The notes under the pieces are model-generated. The model saw only the letters and a program-made list of their open reading frames with translations. It did no database searches and was not told the origin of the DNA. This document shows, piece by piece, positions 1-12,200 of a stretch of 64,000 bases of DNA. Each line of letters starts with the position of its first letter. The stretch's first letter is position 1. The stretch spans positions 496,001-560,000 of the forward strand of contig NIVC01000064.1 of NCBI GenBank assembly GCA_002269645.1, written 5' to 3'. The stretch is from Macrostomum lignano (lineage: Eukaryota). The position numbers were made by a program, and so were the translations under genes.

Positions 1-1145
1 TCTTGGCGCTAGACAATATTTATGCGCCGCAGATAGACTATATGGCGCTAAAAGTGGCACCTCTAATCACAGAATATACCGCCGATATTCTGTGCCTCTA
101 ATAACAAGGTATGTTATAGATTTTTACATGCCTTTCATCGTTTAAAAATTGTTCACAAGTGACTGTCACTCGCTTAAACAAAAAGAACAACATAAATCAT
201 AGAATTTTGCTATACTTCATAACCAAAGTGTACGCAAAAAATATAAATTTCATTAATAACTGGCAATATTTTAATAACGAATAGATTTAAAGTTAACCTA
301 ATAGATATATTCAAACTTTTTTTCATGACCAAGTTTAGCTAGCCCATATTGGGCCTAGTTATAAGTTAAGCCATGGCGAAATAAATTGAGTTAGTCTTTG
401 CTGATAACCTGCTGCTGCGTTTGAATAAAAAAAGCTAGGAGATGAAGGCCGACATAGTGGAGGATGAGTAACTTGTTCACTGTACTGGCTGTTCTGTGCC
501 TGTGACTACATTACACTGTAGGCTTAACACTGCCTAGGCCCCTACTAAATCTGATTCGTTTAGGAAAAGTTAGTACTAAAAGTATCATAGTCTGGAGGTC
601 ATTTGTTCTTATATAATGTATATAATTTTTTAATTTGCCTAAATTTTGTAGTCTATTTGGCATAAAAAAAACTATTATTAGGCCTATAGCCACCTATATT
701 ATACAACACACACATAAGGCCTATAATAGGCCTAGCATAGAAAACTAAATAAAAAGGGTTTAAAAGAATTATAAAATAGACTAGGCCCTAGTTTTACAAA
801 TCTATAATATGCTTTTTAGAAATTGAAAATATTTAGGATAGAAAAAACTTTTTAGTAAGCTTTTAGTTATGCTTTATTCCATGCAATCTAGCCTTCTATA
901 TCAGTATATGACTTCTCATTCTAGCTAGAATCTAGGCAATTTTTGTTGTCTTGATAGTTGAGCTATTAAGGAATTTAGCATACACCCAAAGATCTATCTT
1001 AAAAAGGATTGAAAAGTAAAAATAGGCATAAGAATTTTTTTCTTAAATATTCTAGGCTGCTACATCTTATATAAATTGAGATTAGAAGAGTAGAAGACCT
1101 CAACTAGAAAACTTGAAGACTGGATAGAGTCAATGTCATGCTTGG

Positions 1146-1300
1146 GTGCAACCTAGGGATTCACCTGGCCATTTCTATTGGCAACACACACACATGTAAG
1201 TTGCTATTAGATGGAATAGTAGTCACATGACTACTCTTGGCCAATAGCAATTTATGTGTGTTGCTAATAGAAATGGCTAAGTGAATCCCAAGGTTGTGCA
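1146..1300. repeat. ~155-bp near-perfect palindrome (foldback/MITE-like)
   Basis: GCAACCTAGGGATTCACCTGGCCATTTCTATTGGCAACACAC pairs with GTGTGTTGCTAATAGAAATGGCTAAGTGAATCCCAAGGTTG; inner stem AGTAGTCA/TGACTACT. Confidence 0.75.
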
Positions 1301-3217
1301 TGTATGGTCAATGTAGACTTGAACAAATATATTGCATTAATTTTTTTGGCCTAAAAAGCGTGCAAATTCAAATGCAGACAAATTGCCAACTTATACTTGG
1401 TAGCCATAGTACTAGTACTAGGCCTAGTATATAGGCCTAGCTATTTATTTTGAAAACTGCCTCTATGCCCTATCTCAAAAGTAGCTTGGCCTAATAAGAA
1501 ACAAATAAAGAGTTTAAATAGCAAATAGAAAGTAGCTTTATATTATCTTAAAAATAGAAAGTAATGTTAAAAGTAACAAAATAATAAAATTAACTAATAG
1601 GTCAAGAACTTTGCAATTGCATTTTAAAAAAACTTAAAAAATCAAGGTGCAATTTTAATAAAGTAGCCCAAATTGCCATTTGCAAAGACAAATCTAACAT
1701 AAATGACATGATCTTAGGTATGGCAATGAGGGGTAATGTACCAGATGGCAGAAAGGTATGAGCCATAGTCAGGATCATGTCATAGAATATGCTGGAATAA
1801 AAAGTCCCCTAAAAAAATCTACGCCACTTCATACTGAAATGTATGCCAAGGTCCTAGGAACTTACGCCAGGTTTTCTAGGCTTTGCGACAATAACTGACC
1901 TTATTTGTGTGTTATACATTTTTAACAATAAAAATTTAACAAATGTGTGGTTTTCATTTAAAGTAAATTGGCTTATAGATAATGCCAACAAAAATCAATT
2001 TTTTGTTTAAGTTTTTTTAGAAAATTAACACAATTAGTTTGTGTGGAATTTTAAATTTTTATAAATCACAAATAGTTATGAACTTTCATCTTACAAGTTT
2101 TACAGTTTTTATGATTTTATAATAAGATTCTGAGGTTACGGCATTATGCCAACAATTGTTAATATTAACTTTGGCATGAAGGTTGGAGTTGGTGTACGCT
2201 GCTTGGCATATTTATGCCACGGCGTCATGCCAAAAGGTACGCCAAATATATTTTGCCTCATTTTTACGCCAATTGTATGCCAAAAAAGTAAAATTTTCAA
2301 TTGTACACCAGAAATTTCTGGCGTAATGTACATCATCCTGACTATGGGGTATGAGTATAATATATATTAGAAGGTTAGTATATGCTTGAAAAGTGGCATT
2401 TAAAATTGATAGCATATTAAAATATTAGTGTGTTAGGTAGGCTTTGACCAAAGTCATTATATTTGAGATTATCATTAGGTTACAAGAAAAACAACTAAAT
2501 TATCTAAATCATCATCATCTCTGCAGTTAGACAATGTTGAATTCACTCAATTGTTATATTATGTTTCACAAGGACAATTTGAATTATGTGAGTTAGATAT
2601 ATTAATTGAGTAATCCTTGATGTTTCATTGGCTATGCAAGGATATTGGCTCTAATAGCAGCAACATGTTTTGGTTTACCAACAAAATGATTTTCAACTTT
2701 AAATTACATTTATATTATCCATTTAAAAGATGCAAAGCCTTGGACTAATTCCTATATTAAAGTTAATAGTCTAGCATAGTCCATAAAGTGGCCCTTATAC
2801 AAGAAAATTCCAGCATATTTTTGCTCTCACTGACAATCTTGGTATACACTTGGCATATAGAATTTTCAGGTTCAACATAAAGTGCACACAGTTGGCATAC
2901 AAAAAATAGCTAACTTCAGGGTTAATGTTGGAAAATTGTATGTAAACTTTTAAGTAATTTTTTAATTTTTTAACTAGGTGTAGAGACATAATCCAGCAAG
3001 ACTAAAACCTATAGCATTTGTATAAAAGAGCATTACTTATAGTAATGATTAATACAACTACAGTCTCTATGTAGCTTTTATATATATTATCTCTCTATAA
3101 GCCCACAAGTTTTAAGAATTTACTTAGTACATGTTTGGATTTCTATATTGCTATTTAATATATTTTAACTTATTAACTGTTTTGGTAAGCATAAATCTTA
3201 CTTATTATTTCAGAAGT

Positions 3218-3277
3218 ATGACAGACGAAGTTGATGATTGGAATAAGCTTGGTACAAAGGACAAGATCCAACACAAG
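3218..3277 (+). CDS. CKAP5: CKAP5 exon 1 (MTDEVDDWNKLGTKDKIQHK)
   Basis: TTTCAG acceptor 4 nt before the ATG; AAG|GTATGC donor, phase 0; resembles the ch-TOG N-terminus. Confidence 0.88.
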
Positions 3278-6200
3278 GTATGCATGACTATAGTAAATTT
3301 CTAGAAATTTATTGTAATAAGTTGTAGTCAGGTTTCATCACTACATATGGAGCCTATGACTTGATGGGTGTAAGTAGGTATCGATTCAAATCTGATGCAT
3401 CTATATCTATAGCTAGGTGAACATTCAGATCTGATGTATCTATAGGTACGTCAACATTCAGATCTGATGTTTCTTTAGATAGGTGAACATTCGGATATGA
3501 TGTATCTTTAGATAGGTGAACATTCGGATATGATGTATCTTTAGATAGGTGAACATTCGGATATGATGTATCTTTAGATAGGTGAACATTCGGATATGAT
3601 GTATCTATAGCTAGGTGAACATTCAGATCTGATGTATCTAAAGGTAGGTGAACATTCAGATCTGATGTATCTATAGGTACGTCAACATTCAGATCTGATG
3701 TATCTATAGGTAGGTGAACATTCGGATATGATGTATCTTTAGATAGGTGAACACTCAGATCTGATGTATCTTTAGATAGGTGAACACTCAGATCTGATGT
3801 ATCTTTAGATAGGTGAACACTCAGATCTGATGTATCTTTAGATAGGTGAACACTCAGATCTGATGTATCTTTAGATAGGTGAACACTCAGATCTGATGTA
3901 TCTTTAGATAGGTGAACACTCAGATCTGATGTATCTTTAGATAGGTGAACACTCAGATCTGATGTATCTTTAGATAGGTGAACACTCAGATCTGATGTAT
4001 CTTTAGATAGGTGAACACTCAGATCTGATGTATCTTTAGATAGGTGAACACTCAGATCTGATGTATCTTTAGATAGGTGAACACTCAGATCTGATGTATC
4101 TTTAGATAGGTGAACATTCAGATCTGATGTATCTTTAGATAGGTGAACATTCGGATATGATGTATCTTCAGATAGGTGAACACTCAGATCTGATGTATCT
4201 TCAGATAGGTGAACATTCAGATCTGATGTATCTTCAGATAGGTGAACATTCAGATATATCTGTAAATAAAAGCTGTTATAAAACCTGACACAATCCCACA
4301 GAAATGGGACGCCAGAAAGGCCGGATATCAAGAGGCGGAGAAAGAGTTCCGTCGTCTGGACGATGACAGTCCGGAGTTCAGCTCCTATCTGGGCCTGCTC
4401 AAGAAAATGGTTTCCGACAGTAACGCTGTTGCTCAGGAGTTTGCTCTCAGCGCTGTCTTAGCATTTGTTGAGAATGCCAAAGTGGCGGGAAAGTAAGATG
4501 AAGTTTTATTTGTTGTATTAGTGCTCGGACTTTATGAAATTACACTGACCCACACATATTTGACTGCACTGATCCAGGTGGGATTACACTGATCCACATA
4601 TTTGACTGCACTGATCCAGATGGGATTACACTAACCCACAGATTTGATTGCACTGATCCAGATGGGATTGCACTGATCCAGATGGGATTACACTGACCCA
4701 CAGATTTGATTGCACTGATCCAGATGGGATTGCACTGATCCAGATGGGATTACACTGACCCACAGATTTGATTGCACTGATCCAGATGGGATTGCACTGA
4801 TCCAGATGGGATTACACTGACCCAGAAGGGATTACACTGACCCAGAAAGGATTAAACTGACCCAGATGGGATTACACTGATCCTGATGGGATTGCACTGA
4901 TCCAGAAGGGATTACACTGACCCAGAAAGGATTAAACTGACCCAGATGGGATTACACTGATCCAGATGGGATTACACTGACCCAGAAAGGATTAAACTGA
5001 TCCAGATAGGATTACACTGATCCAGATGGGATTACACTGACCCAGAAGGGATTACACTGACCCAGAAAGGATTAAACTGATCCAGATGGGATTGCACTGA
5101 TCCAGATGGGATTACACTGACCCAGAAAGGATTAAACTGACCCAGATAGGATTACACTGATCCAGATGGGATTACACTGACCCAGAAGGGATTACACTGA
5201 CCCAGAAAGGATTAAACTGATCCAGATGGGATTGCACTGATCCAGATGGGATTACACTAACCCACAGATTTGATTGCACTGATCCAGATGGGATTACACT
5301 AACCCACAGATTTGATTGCACTGATCCAGATGGGATTGCACTGATCCAGATGGGATTACACTGACCCACAGATTTGATTGCACTGATCCAGATGGGATTG
5401 CACTGATCCAGATGGGATTACACTGACCCAGAAGGGATTACACTGACCCAGAAAGGATTAAACTGACCCAGATGGGATTACACTGATCCTGATGGGATTG
5501 CACTGATCCAGAAGGGATTACACTGACCCAGAAAGGATTAAACTGACCCAGATGGGATTACACTGACCAAGGTGGGATTGCACTGACCCAGATAGGATTG
5601 CACTGACCCAGATGGGATTAAACTGACCCAGATGGGATTAAACTGACCAAGGTGGGATTACACTGACCCATATGGGATTACACTGACCAAGGTGGGATTA
5701 CACTGACCCATATGGGATTACACTGACCAAGGTGGGATTACACTGACCCATATGTGATTACACTGACCCAAATAGGATTGCACTGACCCAGATAGGATTA
5801 CACTGACCCAGATGGGATTAAACTGACCCAGATGGGATTAAACTATAATAATATTGCGCTATAGTGATGCTGTTACTTTAAATTAATCCTCTCACAGATC
5901 CGCTGGCGAAATCTGCCCGCTGCTGGTCACCAAGTGCTTAGGCGTGCCCAAAGCTCGCACTAAAGAGCTAGCCCAGTCAATCCTGTTAATGTACATAGAG
6001 ATTGAAAAGCAGGACATTGTGCTGGAGGCCCTGCTAGCAGGTCTACAGGCTAAACAGCCTAAAGTTGTTCAAGCGTCAATTCAAACTTTGCGCGAAGCGT
6101 TACGCCAATTTGGTAGGGGCGTTATTCAGCCCAAGCCAATTGTGAAAGAGTTTGCTAGACTGCTGGAGGAGAGAGACAAGGTTACTAGGGACGAGACTAA

Positions 6201-9200
6201 ACAGCTGCTCATTGAGATGTATAGGTAAGAACTGGGTCGGTGAGGTTAAACAGGGGATGGTTAGTGGAGAGAGTGAACAGGGGAGGGTTAGTGGAGAGAG
6301 TGACCAGGGGAGGGTTAGTGGAGAGAGTGAACAGGGAAGTTTTAGTGGGGAGAGTGAACAGGGGAGGGTTAGTGGAGAGAGTGAACAGGGGAGGGTTAGT
6401 GGAGAGAGTGAACAGGGGAGGGTTAGTGGAGAGAGTGAACAGGGGAGGGTTAGTGGAGAGAGTGAACAGGGGAGGGTTAGTGGAGAGAGTGAACAGGGGA
6501 GGGTTAGTGGAGAGAGTGAACAGGGTAAAGTTAGTGGAGAGAGTGAACAGGGGAGGGTTAGTGGAGAGAGTGAACAGGGTAAAGTTAGTGGAGAGAGTGA
6601 ACAGGGGAGGGTTAGTGGAGAGAGTGAACAGGGGAGGGTTAGTGGAGAGAGTGAACAGGGGAGGGTTAGTGGAGAGAGTGAACAGGGGAGGGTTAGTGGA
6701 GAGAGTGAACAGGGAAGTTTTAGTGGGGAGAGAGAGAGTGAACAGGGGAGGGTTAGTGGAGAGAGTGAACAGGGAAGTTTTAGTGGGGAGAGAGAGAGTG
6801 AACAGGGGAGGGGGTGATCTGATGTTTCATTAACAACCCGGCACTAAATATAAGTTTTGATAATTTGTCATCGCATCAGGTGGGTTGGCGCAGCCCTGAA
6901 CAACCAGATCACCAATCTGAAGCCGGTGCAACAGCAGGAGCTTCAAGAGCTATTGAAAGACCTGCCTGACACCAAGGCTCAGCCTGAGCGCTATCTTCGT
7001 TCTCAGCAGGCCAAAATGCAACAGCAGCAGGCGGCGGAACCTTCGGCTAACCATGAAGGAGCTGCCGCCGGTGACTCCGCGGACGCCGCCGGTGATACCG
7101 CCGCGGCAGCCGCCGTGGATCCCTACGAGTTTCTGGAGCCCACCGATGTTCTCAGTAAATTGACCAAGGGCTTCGGCGACTTGATTGTTTCTAAGAAATG
7201 GCAGGAGAGAAAAGAAGCTCTTGACGAGGTCGATAAACTGACTCAGGTGCGGCTCTGTGGAGCTTAAATGTTTTCTGCTTTGCTACTGATTTTCCTTGTC
7301 ACTCAGTTTTCTTGCTGGTCACTCAGCTTTCCTTTTAGTCACTCTTGGTTTCTCTTCTGGTCACTCTTGGTTTCTCTTCTGGTCACTCTTGGTTTCTCTT
7401 CTGGTCACTCTTGGTTTCCCTTCTGGTCACTCTTGGTTTCTCTTCTGGTCACTCTTGGTTTCTCTTCTGGTCACTCTTGGTTTCTCTTCTGGTCACTCTT
7501 GGTTTCTCTTCTGGTCACTCTTGGTTTCTCTTCTGGTCACTCTTGGTCTCTCTTCTAGTCACTCTTGGTTTCTCTTCTGGTCACTCTTGGTTTCCCTTCT
7601 GGTCACTCTTGGTTTCCCTTCTAGTCACTCTTGGTTTCTATTCTAGTCACTCGTCACTTTAATTCGTTCTGGTCACTCTTGGTTTCCCTTCTAGTCACTC
7701 TTGGTTTCTATTCTAGTCACTCGTCACTTTAATTCGTTCTGGTCACTCTTGGTTTCGATTCTAGTCACTCCAATATTATACCATCCCGTCGCCCCTCTCT
7801 CACCACCGTCCAGGTGCCGGAAGGCGGCCTTATCAAGCTGGCCAAGGCGGACTATGGCGAGCTGTTCAGCCAGCTGCGCACAGTGCTAGGCAAGGACAGC
7901 AACCTGGTGCTGGTGGCCCTGTCAGCCAAGTGCATGGCCCAGCTAGCCGCCGGCCTAAGGAAAAGCTTCACTCCGTACGCGTCCGCTTGTTTAAAAACTG
8001 CGTTAGAAAAATTCAAAGAACGCAAAGTTAACGTGGTGACACCTTTGCGCGAACTGGCCGACTTAGCCGCCGGCTGCACCACACTGGAGGCCATGTCCGA
8101 GGACTACATTGCCGCTATTGGCAACAAGGCTCCGGGCGTTAAAATTGAAACCTGCCAACTATTAGCCAGACAGTTTGCTGCCGCTAAGCCTGGCGCTCTT
8201 AATAAGAAGCTTATGAAACCCTTTGTGGCAGCGCTGCTTAAGGCTATCGATGATCGGGATCAGGTGAGACTGCCTGGCTGAGTTGGCCTCCCAGATCCTC
8301 AGTTGCTGAGTTGACCTCCCAGATCCCAGTTGCTGAGTTGGCCTCCCAGATCCTCAGTTGCTGAGTTGACCTCTCAGATCCCAGTTGCTGAGTTGACCTC
8401 TCAGATCCTCAGTTGCTGAGTTGGCCTCCCAGATCCTCAGTTGCTGAGTTGACCTCCCAGATCCTCAGTTGCTGAGTTGGCCTCCCAGATCCTCAGTTGC
8501 TGAGTTGGCCTCCCAGACCCTCAGTTGGTGAGTTGGCCTCCCAGATCCTCAGTTGGTGAGTTGGCCTCTCAGATCCTCAGTTGCTGAGTTGACCTCTCAG
8601 ATCCCAGTTGCTGAGTTGGCCTCCCAGATCCTCAGTTGCTGAGTTGACCTCTCAGATCCTCAGTTGCTGAGTTGGCCTCCCAGATCCTCAGTTGCTGAGT
8701 TGACCTCTCAGATCCTCAGTTGCTGAGTTGACCTCCCAGATCCCCAGTTGCTGAGTTGACCTCTCAGATCCTCAGTTGCTGAGTTGGCCTCCCAGATCCT
8801 CAGTTGCTGAGTTGACCTCCCAGATCCTCAGTTGCTGAGTTGACCTCTCAGATCCTCAGTTGCTGAGTTGACCTCCCAGATCCCCAGTTGGTGAGTTGAC
8901 CTCCCAGATCCCCAGTTGCTGAGTTGGCCTCCCAGATCCTCAGTTGCTGAGTTGACCTCTCAGATCCTCAGTTGCTGAGTTGACCTCCCAGATCCCCAGT
9001 TGGTGAGTTGACCTCCCAGATCCCCAGTTGCTGAGTTGACCTCTCAGATCCTCAGTTGCTGAGTTGACCTCTCAGATCCCAGTTGCTGAGTTGACCTCCC
9101 AGATCCCAGTTGCTGAGTTGACCTCTCAGATCTCAGTTGCTGAGTTGACCTCTCAGATCCCAGTTGCTGAGTTGACCTCCCAGATCCCAGTTGCTGAGTT

Positions 9201-12200
9201 GACCTCTCAGATCCCAGTTGCTGAGTTGACCTCCCAGATCCCAGTTGCTGAGTTGACCTCTCAGATCCCAGTTGCTGAGTTGACCTCCCAGATCCCAGTT
9301 GCTGAGTTGACCTCTCAGATCTCAGTTGCTGAGTTGACCTCTCAGATCCCAGTTGCTGAGTTGACCTCTCAGATCCCAGTTGCTGAGTTGACCTCTCAGA
9401 TCCTCAGTTGCTGAGTTGACCTCTCAGATCCTCAGTTGCTGAGTTGACCTCTCAGATCCTCAGTTGCTGAGTTGACCTCCCAGATCCTCAGTTGGTGAGT
9501 TGACCTCCCAGATCCCAGTTGCTGAGTTGACCTCTCAGATCCCAGTTGCTGAGTTGACCTCTCAGATCCTCAGTTGCTAGGCATGAACATATTCAACAAA
9601 CAGTCACCCCGTCCCCGCATTCCAGGAAACACGCGAATCCGGCTACGCCGCCCTAGGCACGGCAATGAAGGTGATTGGCGAATCAAATTTCAAGCCCCTA
9701 CTCGGCGACGTTGACGACTTGAAGATGAAAAAAATCGAAGAATGCTGCGCTAACGCCGTGGTTGTTGCTAAGCCGGCCGCCGCTTCAAAACCGACCGCCC
9801 CAGCGCCGAAGGCTGCTTCCTCGGCACCCGCGCCAGCGGCCTCCCTGTCCAAGACATCTTCCGCGGCGTCCGGAACGGCGGCTAGCCGGTCAAAAACTGG
9901 CACTAGCGGTCCGAGGCCTGGCGCGCCTCCCCCGGCTGCCAAGAAGAAAACTGCCGCATCGACTGACAAAGGCAAGAAAGGCGGCGGTGGCGGCGCTGGT
10001 CTGGGAGATTCGCTGCCCACAGAGCAGACCATATCGGATGAGACTGCTGTTGAGACCTGCTCGAATCTGTTTGGCAAGGAGATTGTTGAACAATTGGAGA
10101 GTAAAGCTTGGAAATCTCGTTTAGAAGCGATGGAAGCGATTAAAACTAAACTGAATGATCAGATTGGATCAGAGATACCGTGTCAGGCCGCTGTTCGAGT
10201 AATCTCTAACGCTGTGAAACCTGGCCTGAAGGATAACAATTTTCAGGTAAGGGAAGACTTAGATTTTGATATTTGCATTAATAATAATTGTATAGCTTTC
10301 TAGAAGATTGTAAACAAGAGGTTTGGGGATTGTGAAGCGTGAAGATTGCAAATCGTGGGGGTTGTGAAGCTTGGGGATTGTGAAGCGTGAAGATTGCAAA
10401 TCGTGGGGGTTGTGAAGCTTGGGGATTGTGAAGCTTAAGGATTGTGAAGCTTGTTCGATTGTGAAGCTTGGGGATTGTGAAGCTTGTTGGATTGTGAAGC
10501 TTGTGGGATTGTGAAGCTTGGGGATTGTGAAGCTTAAGGATTGTGAAGCTTAAGGATTGTGAAGCTTGGGGATTGTGAAGCTTGTTGGATTGTGAAGCTT
10601 GTGGGATTGTGAAGCTTGTGGGATTGTGAAGCTTGTGGGATTGTGAAGCTTGTGGGATTGTGAAGCTTGTGGGATTGTGAAGCTTGTGGGATTGTGAAGC
10701 TTGTGGGATTGTGAAGCTTGGGGATTGTGAAGCTTAAGGATTGTGAAGCTTAAGGATTGTGAAGCTTGGGGATTGTGAAGCTTGTTGGATTGTGAAGCTT
10801 GTGGGATTGTGAAGCTTGTGGGATTGTGAAGCTTGTGGGATTGTGAAGCTTGGGGATTGTGAAGCTTAAGGATTGTGAAGCTTGTTGGATTGTGAAGCTT
10901 GTGGGATTGTAAAGCTTGTGGGATTGTGAAGCTTGTGGGATTGTGAAGCTTGTGGGATTGTGAAGCTTGTGGGATTGTGAAGCTTGTGGGATTGTGAGAA
11001 GTCAGGCATATAAGTTACGTTGTAATGCTAGTTGTGAAAGCAGCTCATAGTAATGACAATTAAAATCGCCGCAACCCCACAGGTGCTGAAGCTCCGCCTC
11101 GAGACCCTATCCTACCTGGCCGCCAATGCCCAGTTCACCCGCACCTCAGCCGACGCTTGTCTAGAAGAAATCTACGATAAAATTGGCGACGCGAAAGTCG
11201 GTGATTCGGCCAAGGCCTGCCTGACAGCCATCGCCGAGGCCTGCTCCCTAGACTACGTTGGCGTCCAGCTGGCCCAGACGGTGTTCAAACTGAAAAATCC
11301 TAAAAACCAATCCGAAGCTTTGAATTGGCTAGCCCAATCTGTGCTAGAGTTCGGGCTTCGAATACCACCGAAAGAGCTTATTAAATATGTGAGGCAAGGA
11401 TTCGCAGCCACTAATCCAGCGATTAGGCAGGCGGCTATTAGCCTGACGGTCAGCCTGTACATGTACATCGGCGACAGTCTGCGCTCCCTGCTAGCCGACG
11501 AGAAACCGGCTCTGCTGCAACAGATCGACCAGGAGATTGAACAGATCAAAGACAAGAAGCCGCCTGCTCCTACTAGAGGATTGAAGCACGCTGCTGCTGC
11601 TGCTTCTGGGAAGTCTGCTGGCAAAGCCGCTGCTGGCGGAGGCGCCAATGCCGACGCTGGAGACGACGACGAAGACGACGCAGCCGGCGTCGAAGATCTG
11701 GTGCCGCGTGTCGATCTGGCCGATAAGCTGACTGATGCCACTGTAGCTAAGCTGGGCGACTCTAATTGGAAGGTGAGCTCTGCCTCCCCTCCTCCTCTTC
11801 TCCCTCCCTCTCTGCCTCCTCGTTGCCTGTTGAACCCGTGACAAGATTTGCTACTAGAGAGTCATTGCACGCTTTGACTTTCTTTGATCAGCGTCAAAAG
11901 TTAAGGAAATCAATTACTATTTTCGATACATATCGGTTAAAACAGAAAATTTTTTAATAAATGTTTTTACGCATATTGTCTACTAGCAGTAAGCTGACAA
12001 GCGCACTACCAAATGTTTTTTAGATTCGCAAAGAAGGCCTAGACGAAGTTCGCGCCCTACTCAACGAGTGCCGTCTAGTCACTTCAAATCTTGGCGAATT
12101 ACCCGAACGATTGCGACAACGACTGGCCGATTCTAACAAAGTACTGTGCAGCCAGGCTATGGAGATTAGCGAAGCCCTGGCGCCCGCGTTAGGCAAACGG

